64,000 nucleotides of DNA from Glaucostegus cemiculus (taxonomy: Eukaryota): contig CDPCPM010000107.1 in the NCBI GenBank assembly GCA_976551045.1, positions 3,100,001-3,164,000 of the forward strand, in the 5' to 3' direction. The position numbers were made by a program, and so were the translations under genes. The notes under the pieces are model-generated. The model had not been told where the DNA came from. It was given only the letters and a program-made list of their open reading frames with translations, and did no database searches. This document shows, one piece after another, positions 50,401 to 64,000 of the stretch (its first letter is position 1; each line of letters begins with the position of its first letter).

Positions 50401-51779
50401 TATAAAGATTTTCAATAGATATCTAATAATTATAATGTCCCATAGTGCTTTTTTTTTGTTTAGGTGCAATCATTTGTCCTTTGAAATTTACTTGAGCCTT
50501 TTTCCCCTCCCCAACTTTATCAGCTTGCTATCAATCTGTATTATATACATCATAATAATGTGTGCAGTTATCCTTTAAGTGTCACAGGCAATTTCACCTG
50601 ACTCTGGCACCTTTAAAACTTTGAAATCAAATTAATTCTAACTTTGATTTAACTTTTATAATTTATATTGTCCTTATCTAACACATGGACATGCTCTACA
50701 AATGCCATAAGACAAGAGTAATGGATTTTGAGCTGCATTGTTCCTTCTGATTCATGATACATCATTAAACACCCTTATGAATGTATTTGGATTAGTCAAA
50801 ATATATTTATGGTATGGTAGGGAATAGTGAAAATGTAAAAAAAAAGTTGACACTCCAGCTGTGTTTACTCAAATACAATTCTCCTTCATTTGGCAGCTTT
50901 CATTAGGGCTCAATATCCATCACATAAAATTTAAAATGAAGCAAAATGCAAAGTGCAGAATTGAATGCATTGGGAACTGCAACTAGATGTTCCAAACACT
51001 TGAAGTTTGCACTTCAAGGTGGCATTACCATTCAATATTTCTCAACAGGAAACAGTTCTGCTGTCAGAAATAACTATTCCAAAAGCTTACATAGAAAAAT
51101 GAAGTTGATGAACTCAACTCTCATTTCATACTAATAGCAGAACAAATTTTAGTACTTTTAAAATAAACACCTATCACATAAAAAAATTACGTACGGGTCC
51201 TCAGCAGGAATGAATCCTGGTAAGCTCAATCAATGGAAAGTTATAGGGGTGAAAAACTTTCTACTGACAATGAGGGTTGTAAAAATAGTCTTCCTAAGTT
51301 TCAGCAAATTTCTGGCCTTCTTTTTAAAGGTAACTAAAGTATGATGGACAAGATGTGAGCAAGGTATTTCCTCACAATAGAATTCTTGGCAAAAATGAAG
51401 AATGGAGCCCAATACCTGACCCACGCACATTAAAGGCATGGATCCTCTATTAAAGTGTGCAACAGTCTGATCACAGATTCAGATGGGAATAAAGCCCTAC
51501 AACTCTAGAATTGACTATTCTAAGACATAACAAAAACAGCCACCCTCTCTAGATGCACGCTGTCAATTAAGTTTTATTTGTATCACATATTTTACATGAT
51601 CTTTTAACTGAAATCCCATTCGTATGGGTTTTAGAATCAAGTCATCCTCTGTTAATAAAGGGCTTAAAGGAATGACAATTTTTACCATCACTTTGAATGC
51701 CATATATCATGGCTGTGAGGAGAAGCGTTCAAACGGATGAGCTTTGGGAGGTGGCAGGGGGAATTTAAATTAAATTTAA

Positions 51780-51880
51780 ATTTTATTTACAGCATGGTAA
51801 CAGGCCCTTTCGGCCCAACGAGTCCACGCCGCCCATTTTAAACCCCCAAATTAACCTACCTGTACGTCTTTTAGAAATGT
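51780..51880 (-). mobile_element. Truncated SINE 3' part with a CR1-type tail
   Basis: acagcatggtaacaggccctttcggcccaacgagtccacgccgcc...aattaacctacctgtacgtcttt. Confidence 0.7.
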
Positions 51881-53964
51881 GAAGTGAAACAAATTTGAAA
51901 CTTTCTCTTCCAGATATCTTAGAATTGCTCTTTTTCTCTTTGATCTTTGGGATCAAAATCTTGAATTTAGTTTAGATCCAATATTTTATTTCAAAGCTTA
52001 TTCACCATTTTTATCTGATTTATATTTAGACATGATGTAATTATTGAAAAAGTGAAATTGCATAGGCTTAAAGAAACACATATGCAGGCATCTAGAATAA
52101 TTAGGAACATCAAACAATTCTTTATCTCACATTGAAAGTTTTGATGAGGATCCCATTATTCAGACATGCCAAATTTGAGAGCATAGCAGATTTTGAACAA
52201 CAGAAGTAGATGTTTAAAATGCTGGATGAAGTGCCAATCCAGCCAACTGCTTTGTTCCGGCCAGTTTTGATCCTGGATTGTAGCCACCACAGGCAAGCTG
52301 AAGCTTGGTGGATCCACACAGTTAGCCATTGTTGCAGAATACCTAACCTCTCCATTGCGGAAACTCTAGTTGATTGGCATGTATGTGGTTGCTCAAGTTG
52401 AGTTTCTGACATGATAACTTCCACATTGCTGATGATGGGAGTCTCAGGGGTGATGGCATTAGATGTCAAAGGAAGGGACTCAGCCTCTCCCTTACTTGTG
52501 GTCCTCACAGCCTGGAACTTATGGGACAAAAAAAAGTTGTTTGTCACTTACAGCCTTTTAAGATTATTCTATGGGAAATTTTCCTAAATATACCACCAAG
52601 TTCAGAATTTCTTGGAATATTTTTCAATATTAGATGGCAACAAAACAGCTATCAAAGGAAACTGTCATCTGAAACCGAAAGGTTACATTCTTGGAAGATG
52701 TTCAGTAAAATTTACATGTTCAGGACAAGAGGAACATCAAATATCAGCATCCCAATATTAAATCTAACAATCATGCTGAAATAACCAATTGAATACCAAT
52801 ACAATTGACAACTGGAACCCCACTGGGTAATGGCTATTAGCAGGAACAATAGGGAAAACTGACATCCCTTAACCAAATCAGTTTCATTAAGAAACTGCTC
52901 TATTTTTGGATACATTTTGTTTCAATTTAATCACCTGTTTGACATGGATGTCTTTATTGTATATAAAGATAAAACGGTTAAATCATTGCAAAGCATAATA
53001 TGTTCAGTAAAAAAAAAGTCACAATAAAATTCTGTGAATATGTTAGCTACTTTTCTGCAATCAATCTTTTAGTGCTGATCTGCCAATGCAGAAGATTTAA
53101 TTTAAATTTTTAGACTGGTATGTTCTTTGCAGTATTCTGAAGAAGATAACAAAGATTAACTTAGCAAATTATTGTTTTTACTTTAATTAAATCCCTCTGG
53201 TTTATTTCCATTACATGAACCATTCTGTACCCAGAGGTTGGGCACTTGACCCATCCTGAGGGCTCTGCCAATTCACTCTTGTATCATTTACTAAAACATG
53301 AACAAAATTGCCTCGAGACAACTTCCTTGAGAGATCTGGCCTCTCTCCAAGTCTCCCACAAGCCTCAGTGCAACAACTAGTTCATCATTCGCTGGAACAC
53401 AAGTAGCCATTAATATCTCACTGTTCTGGGACACATTTATATGGTTACTATTGAACAGTTCAAAATGATTACATTATTAGTCTAACTATGGTGCACATGC
53501 AGAATAAATGTTGTTTTTGCCCAAAAGGTTTATTTAAAAAACAGGAAAGTATTGTAAGCTGGAAATCTGAAATAAAAACAGAAGATGTCAAAACACTTTG
53601 CAAGTTGGTAAACATTTATGGAAGAAGTGTTAATATACTGGCCTTAAAAGTTGAAATGTCATCATCCTGAAATATTAACTCTATTTTTCCTCAAAGATAA
53701 TAAACCTGAAAGAATGACCCACAGCATGTGGTCAGCACTAGTTGCCCAACTACATTGCTTGACCTTAGAGATCACACTCACTGTACCCCCATGGGAATTT
53801 GTTCAGAGAAGCCAGGCAGACCCTCAGCAACAAGACCCTGAATGCCAGCACGACCTTACATGATGTGAATGGCATCAAACTTGGGATGAGGTGGGAGGAG
53901 GGCAGTCCTCCCACAAAACTTCTGAAGGAACAATTATGTGAAGAGTCAAAAATAAATAAAAACA

Positions 53965-54250
53965 TGGCATTGCACAGTGGTGCACCAGTTAAAGCTGCTG
54001 CCACACAACTCCAGCAACCTGGATTTAATCTTCAGCTGTTGTCTGTGTGGAGTTTGCATGGTCTCCCTCTGACTACTCCCTAGGTACTCTGATTTCTTCC
54101 TGCTGCAAGTTCCCCCTTACTGTGGGTGTGTGGTAGGAGAAATAGAGGTGTTAGTGGGCATGTATAGGTGAAAAGGAAGTGGAGGAATATAACTGATAGG
54201 AATACTTAGAGGATCAGCGTATATTTAGCTGGTCACATGGCTCCTACATC
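53965..54250 (+). mobile_element. Diverged V-SINE (HE1-like)
   Basis: gcacagtggtgcacc...gctgctgccacacaactccagcaacctggatttaatc...gtctgtgtggagtttgcatggtctccct. Confidence 0.7.
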
Positions 54251-54849
54251 ATAGGAATATATGAAAAAATGAAAACACTTAAAAACATTTAAATAAACTT
54301 CAACATAATATAAAAATATGAAAACACCAGCACCTGCTGTAGCCTCCGGCTGTAGATCTCCTCCATTTATGTCAATGGAGGAGCTGTTCCAGAGCCAGGT
54401 TTAACCTGCCAGAGGTTGTTTGAGCTAATTCCCAAACATCTATCAGGGAATTGCCACAACTGTTCATTCCAGAAGGAATCCAACATTAGAGAACAGTTGT
54501 GAAAAATACCGCGACAGTCAATGTCAACCTTGGATTGCTGGTTTGGGAAATGCACTCCATATACCCAAGTCCAAATACAAAATGAGAAAAGCAGTGAGCC
54601 TGGGAGAACTCTACCATATACTACTCCCCAGCCTGAATAAGAACCTTTCACTAATGTTTAATGTAACTTGGTCAACATTTTATTCATGCAGCTACAGCCC
54701 TTTCCAGTACATGGGCTTCAACCCTATACTTGACACCCAATCAAATGCCCTTTGGAAGTGCATATATTCCACATCAACCTGATATTAATTTCCCTACTCA
54801 TCTCCCTAGAACGAAGCTAAAACTCCTCCATCTAAAAGGTCTTACATGG

Positions 54850-55390
54850 TTCAACAACAGTTTTGCCTGCCAAGATCTGGTTCCAGTTTTTCACCAGATC
54901 TGTGCACTTCCCACTGAAATTGGCCTTCCACAATTGAATTTTACCTTGGAGTGCTCTATATCTTTTGCCATAGCTGTTTTAAACATATGATATCGTGATC
55001 TAGATTTGAGATCTTTTAATGAAGTTTCTGTATGCTTGCCCACTGATACTTGCCCCACCTGGCCCATTCTGGAAAATGAGCCTTGGTTCGGGCTCATTTC
55101 TCAGAAACCACATCCAGCAATGCTGCCTTCCTTCATGGGCTAGGAATGATATTGATCAAGAAAATGTTCCTGATCACACTGCTGAAACTCCCCCGTATCT
55201 TTACTCCCTTATGTTAATGCTCTCCCAGTCTATATTTGGATAGTTGATGTCTCCTATTTCCACTACTCTATGGCTTTAATACATTTCTGCAATCTCTGCA
55301 AATATGCACCTCAACATTCTTCGCATTAGTTGTCAGCCACAGCATAGCTCCACTAGAATAATCACAACTCTATTATTTCTTCATTCTAAT
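54850..55390 (-). mobile_element. CR1 LINE AP-endonuclease region, decayed
   Basis: The minus strand near 55222-55268 translates to VVEIGDINYPNIDWE, the CR1 APE GDFNxPxIDW motif. Confidence 0.75.
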
Positions 55391-57033
55391 CATAGAAACA
55401 GAATTTCTTCAAAAAATATTTATGACAGTGTTGGACAGCCTTGACAAATTGTTCCAGAAAATCTCCTCTGATATCTTACAAATTCTGCAGATAAAATGTC
55501 TAACTGATTGCTTTCCAGGAATAAATGAATATTTAAAGTCAAGTATGGATTCCAATTGCATTCAAAATCATTTGCCACTATTGGAAGGTTTAGTTATTTG
55601 AAACTATACCCGCCGAAATGCTACGCAGCCTCTTTTGGGACTAACAGACGATGTAATTGTTAATCTGTTCCTTAATGTTTTGGATGACCATTGCTAGCAT
55701 GTGGTTCAGGTTTTCTTTGCAAGATGCCACGTTGTACTAGATATGAGGGGGCCATTGGGGTTTCAGATCACTTTGGCCATCCTGTAAGTTCTTATGTATC
55801 CAATGTACCCCAGGGAAACTGCTCCTGCTATTTTTAAGGTAGATATCCTTAAGAAACCTTTTTTCTGTAAGAATGCCTTAAAAATTCAATTTTATGTCAC
55901 TGAGTATGAATTAAGGACATAACTAGTTTGATAAATTTGATTAGTAGATTGAGGGAGATTTTTTTTGAAGACTATTCTGAAATACCACACGGGATAATGT
56001 TTCATTTTGCTGGAGTGGAATTTGAAAACTACAAGCTGGAGTTCATCACTTATTTGATCAGAAAGCTTTATAGATTGGAATGGATGGGTAAATTTTGTTT
56101 CAGCAGCACAGCTTTGTCACCTCTTCTTTTATATGTTTACTTTTCACTAGCAACAGATATAAGATGTCCCTGGCAAATAAAGATCAATAGATTAACCTTG
56201 ATCTTTTGCAGAAATGTGTTTTGGGGTGGGGGTTGGAAAAAAAGGTGCCTGACAGGCTGGTAGCAGGCTTTGAACCTGCCAAGTTCAGGGATGTGGATAA
56301 ACAGGCTGATGACAGTGCAAGGGAAATGGACTGAATCACTGCTACCAAATCAATTTTGCTCTGAGAAACTAAGATTGATCTGCCTTCTTAAGTCATAAAT
56401 CCTAGAGATTTGATACAACTTGCTAAATCACTTCAGAGGACAAATAATGGTCTATGATGTTGAAGTGGGACTGACATTATAGACAAGCCTTATGAGGAAA
56501 AAAGGTTTCCTTATTTAAAGGACATCATTAAAACAGTTGTTTTTTTTACAATACTATAACTTAATGAACCAATGATAATTCAATGAAAGCTTAGTTTGAA
56601 TGGATCCTTTAGTTCAGAGATGCCACAGTACTTACAGTTCAAATTAAAATCATACATACAAAGAAACAGATGAAACAAATACGTTGGTACTGTTTATAGA
56701 TTTTCCTCATCACTGTTTGATTTTCAGAGTTTGTTCTGTTGAGATTCCCCCTCTAATACACTGAAAAGAGCTGGGCTTTCAATTCTTTATAATAATTGCC
56801 AAAGCTTCCTGAAACCAGAGCAACATGTCTCTCTGCCAACTGTGTGAATAAACCTGACAATGATTCATAAACCAAATCATCCTTCTGCTACAGCAGATTG
56901 AGAGCATACCAGCAACAGATTATCAACACATTTTAACGTGCATCAATAGTTCAGTCCTGGAATTAAAGGCATTATGTCATCCGGTTGTGAGGATGAAGTG
57001 TGATATTGGTAACCATTCACAACAGCCTAAGAT

Positions 57034-57047
57034 GCTACCATGGTAAC
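57034..57047. promoter_or_regulatory. Near-consensus RFX X-box
   Basis: GCTACCATGGTAAC matches the palindrome GTTACCATGGTAAC at 13 of 14 positions. Confidence 0.45.
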
Positions 57048-58314
57048 AGCATCGGCTTAGCAATTTAAAAAAAATGTCAGTCAAAATTCATGCCTTCTGA
57101 GGCTGTTTGCTGGCAAAGTCAAAGACATTACTCCAGAAGAATCCTGAAGAATTTATTTTTAGTAGATTTTTTTGTCATTTTTTAAAAAAAAATGCAGATG
57201 TCTAACATATTGGAGTCGAGGATTGATAAATGTACTGTAAGTGGGCTGCACATTATCTCTCTCCTCCACCAAAACAGATGAAATACTCAATATTAAAAGT
57301 TGCAACATATGGTGGCTCAGACAAAAATTGGCAAAAATTATCCAGTGGTTACAGGCACAGTATTGACAGAGTCTGGAGATCTTGCATCATGTGATACCTG
57401 ATTTATCATTTATAAGTTTATGCTTTGTATAAAGATGTTGGTAAAAATAAAGCCAATTTATTATTAAGGAACAGTAGTGGAATATCATCTTTTTAAAAAA
57501 TCTTTAACAGTGATTTATTTTAGTGTGTAAAGGTTGCATAGAGAGCTGTTAGTTCTTTGTCTTCACTTCACCAGGCAATAAGGAAATGATTATGTGCAAT
57601 AATGCTGTCGCCCTTTGGTTCTGCCAGTGTCAGGAAGCTTATCTGCAAGCCTGCTGCTACTGACAACCAACACAAGCATGCAACTCTTATCTGCTCAAAA
57701 AGCTACAAATGCACATTGACATCAGAGAGCAGTGCTGTACAATGATGCATGACTCATCTTATTAGTCAACAATTTCACTTCAAAATGAATTTCTAACTGG
57801 GATGGACTGAATTTAATTTATATTCTTAATTTTATGGCTTTAATGTAGGGCATTTACTAAGAAATAAGTAAAGCCAAACAAAAGCACACAATTACATAAT
57901 TCACTGGACTTAATTTAAGCCTCAGGACTCTGGCATTAGATGTCTCAGTATGTTGTTTCTCAACAAGTAGGCAATGAATATATGGTACCCTAATCACTTT
58001 GTTTTGAGTAATAGTTTCTTCTTCTTTCTAAGGTACATGGATCTGGAAACAAATATTTTGAAATTAATAAACTGGTGGCATAAATGAACCATTCTAAAGC
58101 ATTAAAATGCCATGCCTGTTATGAAACCAGGCAAAGAAACTGAGCTATAACTGAAGGTTTATAATTAGGTTGTAAACAGAAATCTTAAGGGAAGAAACAA
58201 AAACTCTGGATTATTCTGTTTTGGGTATGACTGCTAGTTCTTCCAAATTTAGATGACAGTTATTTGCATCTGTGAAGGCCCATAGGAAGGGTGAAGGGAA
58301 TTATTTTAACATTT

Positions 58315-58650
58315 TTGTGGGACGAGACCATAGCTAGCAAGGGGAACATTGCTTGTTCATCCCTAACTGCTCCTGGGAATGGAATGGCATGCGGATCCCC
58401 TGATCTACTGCAGCCTGTCTGTTGAAGGTATTCACAGAGTGCTTTAAGTAGGGACAACTAGGATCTTGAACTAGTGAAGAATCAGGATTACATAATGATT
58501 AGGACAATCGAGTGAGCTGTTTTGCTAGGATGGTCTCAAGCTCCTCACGTGTTATGGGAGCTGCACTCATCCAGGCAAGTGCAAAGGACTTCATTCCACT
58601 CCTGACTTGTGCTTCATAGTTGGTAGCAGGAGGCGAGTCTCATAGCATTG
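58315..58650 (-). mobile_element. Old LINE fragment, same family as 9165-10150
   Basis: ttcatccctaactgctcctgggaa...ggagctgcactcatccaggcaagtg...ctcctgacttgtgc. Confidence 0.55.
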
Positions 58651-59219
58651 AACACCAAAAGCTCCCACTGACATTGAGATTGAGATATTTTTGGCTTTCC
58701 TAATTTTGATGACCTACCTTTGCACAACATCTCCAAGAAAACATATATTACATCTATATTTTGTTTATTTGCTTGCTCATATTTTGCTTAATATCTTAAC
58801 CTGTTATTCTTGGGAAGGAAGAGAAAATTCCTTTTGAATATGAATTATTAGGTAATGAAATTTAAAATTAAGTTTTCTGTTTGTATTCCTGACTGGACAT
58901 GCATTAAAGCTTACAAGTGAAGTATCATCATTATCCAAGACTTACCCAGTCTAAAATGTCTAAACATGTCTAATGAGCAGAACAGATATAATAATGGTTT
59001 CCAGCAACATACTCAAGACTGGAGATATTTCACTGCCAGATTAAATAAATAATTCCAATGTCCTACAAAGCTGCAACCTCAAATACTCAAGGCATATTAA
59101 AAAAATACATTAAGATCCACATAAATAACACAGAATAGGAGACAACATAAAATATAACATCGGTCCTGGCAACAGTTCTTCAACTAATCCTATTCCCCAT
59201 CCTTGCACCTATTATTTTA

Positions 59220-59511
59220 AATAAGATAAGATATCCTTATTAGTCACATGTACATTGAAACACACAGTGAAATGCATCTTTGCGTAATGTTCTGGGGACA
59301 GCCTGCAAGAGTCGCCATGCTTTTGGTGCCAACATAGCATGCCCACAACTTCCTAATCTGTACATCTTTGGAATGTGGGAGGAAACTGGAGCACCCAGAG
59401 GAAACCCATACAGACACGGGGAGAACGTACAAACTCCTTACAGACAATGGCAGGAATTGAACCCGTCATTGGTATTGTAATACCGTTATGCTAACCGCTA
59501 CACTACAGTGC
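59220..59511 (-). mobile_element. Near full-length V-SINE with an (ATCTT)n tail
   Basis: A-box-like tagtgtagcggttag, B-box GGTTCAATTCC (59453-59463), V core tgtgggaggaaactggagcacccagaggaaaccca, and the same tail as the 28700-28990 copy. Confidence 0.9.
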
Positions 59512-62500
59512 GAATACTTTTGTTTCAAGCATGAATGCAATAATTGCTGTGACTTAATAGCCACTTGTGATATAGAATAATACAATAATCCTGTGCTAAC
59601 TGCATTTGTTCCTTTTTTGTTGTTTTTTTTAGTTGATGATAGTCAACAAATTTGATGTTTTAGAAGCTAAATTGAAATAAAAGGATCCAAGAACACTTCA
59701 AGATTTAATGAAACAAGGAAACAGCAGCCAGTTCAGTTGTGGGAAGCAGGTTCTTCTTTCAGATATGATAAAATGCCCTCCCTTTAACAGTAGAGTTATT
59801 TTGAATTGCAGGTAGCTGGTCTTCTCCAAATGTGAAGAATAAGATGACCAAAAGCAGTTAAGTGGACCGAATCCATAGACAGAACTATTTGCAGGACAGG
59901 AATAGAAAATAAGCTTTCCTTCTAGAGGCAAAAGCTTGGACTGCCATGACCAATTCATATCCCCATGAACTTGTTCTTCTTTGTTGACTATCAACTGTTC
60001 CCCATGCTGTATTCAGGATGCCCAACCCCACAATTAGGCCCTTCTCCCCGAAATGTTTACTTCTGACCAGCTCAAGTGAACATGGTCACCTTGTGGTCAC
60101 TACCTTTCCCCATCCTATTTGGATCCTGAATCTTCACATTGAGCCATGCACCTTAATTTGGTTTCAATAAATGTATTCCTTTATGCTTTTCATTTACACA
60201 AATCCCCAAAGGAACACCACTGTAAAGAACTTGCCAATCCAAGAAACAAGAGTTTGCTTTTTATCCCTTGTTCATCTCTAACTATAATTTTACTTTACAG
60301 ATGATGTCACTCATCTTATTTTCTGTAATTAAATAACAGTGCAAATGCATTGAATATATAGCATATCAATCCCACATATGAATATCTCTTGGCTTATTCT
60401 CTCATTTGATTGGATATTTTCTTGAACTAATTCATCTCAATAGGACCCACTTTCAATGCACTGATATTAGTTAATCCTTAGTTAATCCGCAGACTGACCT
60501 CATCTTTTTTTTCTTTTTTTAATTGGGTCTTGGTCACCATTTTTCAAACATTCCCAGACTTATCCTGCTTCCAGAACCAATCTTGTTTACTGGACAAGAA
60601 ACACACTGCTTAAGGAATTTTTCAAGGATGCATTCTTGAATTCTCATTTGATATATATTTGATGCAAACTAGGAAGTCTTTATGATGTCCATCACAATGG
60701 CAAAAATGCCTACAATCCTTATCCTTGACGTCTTTAACATAATTTGATTGCCCATGCTATAAGCCAATAAACTGACAGATCCCATGCCACTCTTTGATTC
60801 AGGTCAGGCACACTGCATTCGGGTAATATCAATAAAAAAAATGTATCACGTTACACAGAAAGAAACGTAAAAATTCTATATTGTTACACAGAAAGAGAAA
60901 AGTTGTAAAAAGATACACACCCACGTGAGAAAATACTGACCATCTATTTTTAAATGCACACAAGTCTAGTTTCATTTGGTTTATTTGAAAGAAAGACATA
61001 ACGAATAAGTTAAATGTTAGTAAAATATTACTTAAATCACTTCAGCTTAAATGCAAACACACTCTATAAACTAAAACTGAATCAGCGCAAACACTGAATA
61101 AAATAAAACAAAGCCGAAAGGCTATAACCTTTTTAGGAAAGCAGGTCAATATATGGGAAATATAGGGAAGTGTAGCTGGTTATACATGAATTCGGTGAGC
61201 GTTATAGAAGAGCAGTTGAAACAAGCATCCATATTTTTTTGATTGCAATTAAAAATATTGAGCTATATTAGTAGGATAAAATACAAATCAAAATTTTATG
61301 CTGTAATGGTCATCACATTATCTGTGAGAGGGTGGAGCAAAAGAGAACAATGGGATAGCAACAGAAGTTAGGAAATTATGGGGAAGAAAACATTTTCTAA
61401 TACCACAAGTTCCACTGATGACGTTGGTTCAAGCAGATTGCATACAATCTGAAGCTTCCAATAGCAAAATGAATTTATTTAAAAGTTGGCCTACAGTGCA
61501 GAAATAAGCAGAATTATCTCATGCCAAAAATAAGCATATGGTATGTTATTAGGAATTATCATACAAGTAAATCATATCAATGATTTCAAGAGATAAGGCA
61601 TATGTTCCCGAACAAAAAAAAGGACTGAGGGACCAAGTGGAAAATTTGTGAAATCAACTAAACAGATTGTTAGACTTTAGGTAAATGAATGACTCTGCTC
61701 CTAATAGAAATAAGCATGCCAATAAAATCAACTAATCTGCTGGTATACTATAATTAAAACTTTTAAGATTCCATTCTGTAATTTGTAAAATAAAGTGAGA
61801 AAAGCATATCATGAATTAAAATAAAGCCAATTTATAATCAGTGGGTAAATATTTTCAACAACCCTCAAAATGAAAAAAACAGAACAATGTTTTCAAAAAC
61901 CTTTGAAATTCTTCAGTAAAGTACTTTGCTTCATTGACAAATTTCTTAGTACATCTACTGAAGTCCTTTACTATAATTGTTTGACAAAAGAATGGATCTT
62001 GCTTCTTGTTACACAAGAAGCCACAATTTTTATAACATTCTATTGGGAATTTAGATTCTGGAAAAGACCATAGTCTTTCTGAAGACGCCTGTAAATTACA
62101 ATATGATATTTTTGGCACAAACAAATGAAGCCTGATAACTATTAATAACTACCTTTGTTTGATCTTCGCTCTAGGATTGATTTATGTAATTTATTTGGAA
62201 CCTGGAGTATTATTCCTTAACCTACAAAAACAGCTGCAGAATCAATATGGAACGTCAATGACTTCTGTGCTGCAGGATCTCTTCCCCCCTCAATTCAGCA
62301 CTAACTCGGATAAGATTCTGCACTGTACATTTAACACATAACAAACAATCTGCATCATTTACTCAGTGTGAAGACATTATTCTGAGCAAGTTCATTTACC
62401 TAGCTGGATTGGAAGGTTAACCAGCTAACCGAGGGAAAAGGCATAAAAATGGATGAAGGAACAGCTTTGATACAAAAAATTTAAATGAGCACTTTTCTTT

Positions 62501-62631
62501 CTTTTGATATTCATTAGTTTATTATAAATTAAAAAAAAGGCAGTCTTGAATTTTTAAGCATTTATCTGTAGAAGATGGTTGTACATCTGTCACCAAAGTG
62601 GTCCACAAAGAAAAGAATAATTTTGACTTAC

Positions 62632-62753
62632 CCATGTTGCTGAGGGAGTAGCTTGGGGAGGGAGCGAAGACTTGGGCTGCAAAATCTTCAAATGGCATGA
62701 TCTCTTTGTGTTGCTGAACTATTGCTTCAACATACTGAGCTCTTTCTTCATAA
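62632..62753 (-). CDS. RALGAPA2: RALGAPA2 internal coding exon, C-terminal to the Rap-GAP domain: [40 protein letters not shown]
   Basis: Its 122 nt equal 1 nt, 40 codons and 1 nt. Acceptor acag|T and donor G|gtaagt. YEERA.Y...FEDFAAQVF is the RalGAP-alpha signature; SPSYSLS and linkage to INSM1 indicate alpha-2. Confidence 0.93.
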
Positions 62754-62774
62754 CTGTGTAATTGGTTAAAGAAA
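62754..62774 (-). other. U12-type (minor spliceosome) branch point and acceptor
   Basis: The minus strand reads TTTCTTTAACcaattacacAG|. The branch motif is close to TTCCTTAAC, lies about 12 nt from the AG, and has no intervening polypyrimidine tract. Confidence 0.7.
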
Positions 62775-64000
62775 TATCCAAAAACAAGTGGAAGTGAACA
62801 TAACAAAAATCTCGTGCGATGCATAAAATGCCAGTTCTAACACCTGTATTTTTCTAACTGCCAAGCAGCAGAATATTTATACAACTGCAAGACTTTCTGT
62901 TGAAGACTCTGTTCTCATCAAAATTTCACAACTTCTTAATAATTCTAAACGTAACAAGAAATTTAAAAAATAATTAACTGCATTCTGAAAACTTTTCATC
63001 ATGAATTTTGTGTTGACAATAGAAAGTCATCAATTTTAGTTACTGCCAGTGTCTCATCCAGTATAATGTGTTTTTGTACATTTAAATAGAAATAAATAAT
63101 TCATTCAGTTGAAGGAACAAACTCCGTAATAATGACAGATGGTGGAACAAAATTTACAAATTTTAAATTGCAATCTATTTGCCATTGTACCCTTTCACAG
63201 AAGTTAACCTATTTAAAAACATTCACCAGAATGCACAGGGAAATGGAACAAGCAAATTAAGGCAGAGAGCACAAAGCTCTGATATTGTTATTCTTTTATT
63301 ATACGTGATTATTGTGTAAGCAGTGCAGACCCAGGTGCAGAAATGTTCAGTAAGTCCTAGCCATACAATTTGAACAGAACTCTCACTGCAACATGCTATA
63401 AAACTTGGGATCAATCAAAACCATTTAAAATTAATTTAACATAAACACTTTGGAATACATCACTTTACTGCCGAACAGTTTTCAATTTCAGTGTGTCATA
63501 GTTAATAATCAGCACGTGCCAGACCTGCCACAAAATATTACTTAAGACTGGGAGCTTCAAGAACAAACTAAAAAACCCACACAAGAAATACACTCTGTCA
63601 AAAATCTGATTACATTATCTGCAATAAAACACCACTAAATTGCTTCCCTATGACCAGGGTAAAACTTGCAACTGCTGCAGTAATCAAAAACCAGTCAGCA
63701 ATAACTTAAAAGCGTGACAGAGTTCAACAACCTTCCAGCTGCCCTAATAGGACCCCTGCTTGTAGCTGCTTTTCATGACACACTGTGGAGAGCTTTAATT
63801 TTCTTCTTTGTGTAAAGTTTCACACTCTACAAAAGAGGTTGAAAACACAGTTATAAATCACATACAAAACGCAGGCCCTTGTAAAATTTGATGTTATCTT
63901 TAACACTCCTTAGAAAGTCAAGTTGATGTACCAATTTGGGAGTCCAAATGCAAATGCATAGAAGTACAGCATAAGAATAACCTGAAATGGAAAAAATAGT

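Larger units (their letters stand above)
17276..62631 (-). other. RALGAPA2: RALGAPA2 last intron, 45,356 nt, GT-AG (may be split by a cassette exon)
   Basis: Donor G|gtaagtc at 62631 and acceptor at 17276; the reading frame is preserved across the junction. Confidence 0.75.

Noticed and set aside
60850-60897. Short direct repeat GTTACACAGAAAGA x2
   Set aside because: A two-copy local duplication, not an array, and with no CRISPR-like structure.
2037-62500. Remaining 60-140 aa ORFs outside the annotated TEs and exons
   Set aside because: No recognisable domains or coding-like composition; consistent with chance ORFs.
62522-62824. 100-aa ORF as a stand-alone gene
   Set aside because: Only 62632-62753 is exonic; the flanks are intron read-through.

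Overview
This is a vertebrate nuclear window, most likely from a cartilaginous fish (ray or shark). That assignment is inferred from the HE1/V-SINE, CR1, Rex1, RTE and Penelope repeat content. The window holds two convergent genes. On the + strand is the 3' part of the intronless zinc-finger gene INSM1 (CDS runs in from the left edge and ends at 1260). It lies in a CpG island whose CpG-retaining, TE-free tail extends to about 6.45 kb. On the - strand is the 3' end of RALGAPA2: an internal coding exon at 62632-62753 with a U12-like acceptor, a 45-kb last intron, a terminal coding exon at 17121-17275 that the ORF track misses, and a probably long 3'UTR. The large intron contains nested LINE/SINE/Penelope insertions, a fold-back Penelope element with two decayed hammerhead ribozymes, a candidate stop-containing cassette exon, and several candidate INSM1 enhancers (a proneural E-box cluster, an RFX X-box and CpG-retaining patches). 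I found no clearly new biological system. Repeat boundaries were estimated by eye and are approximate.
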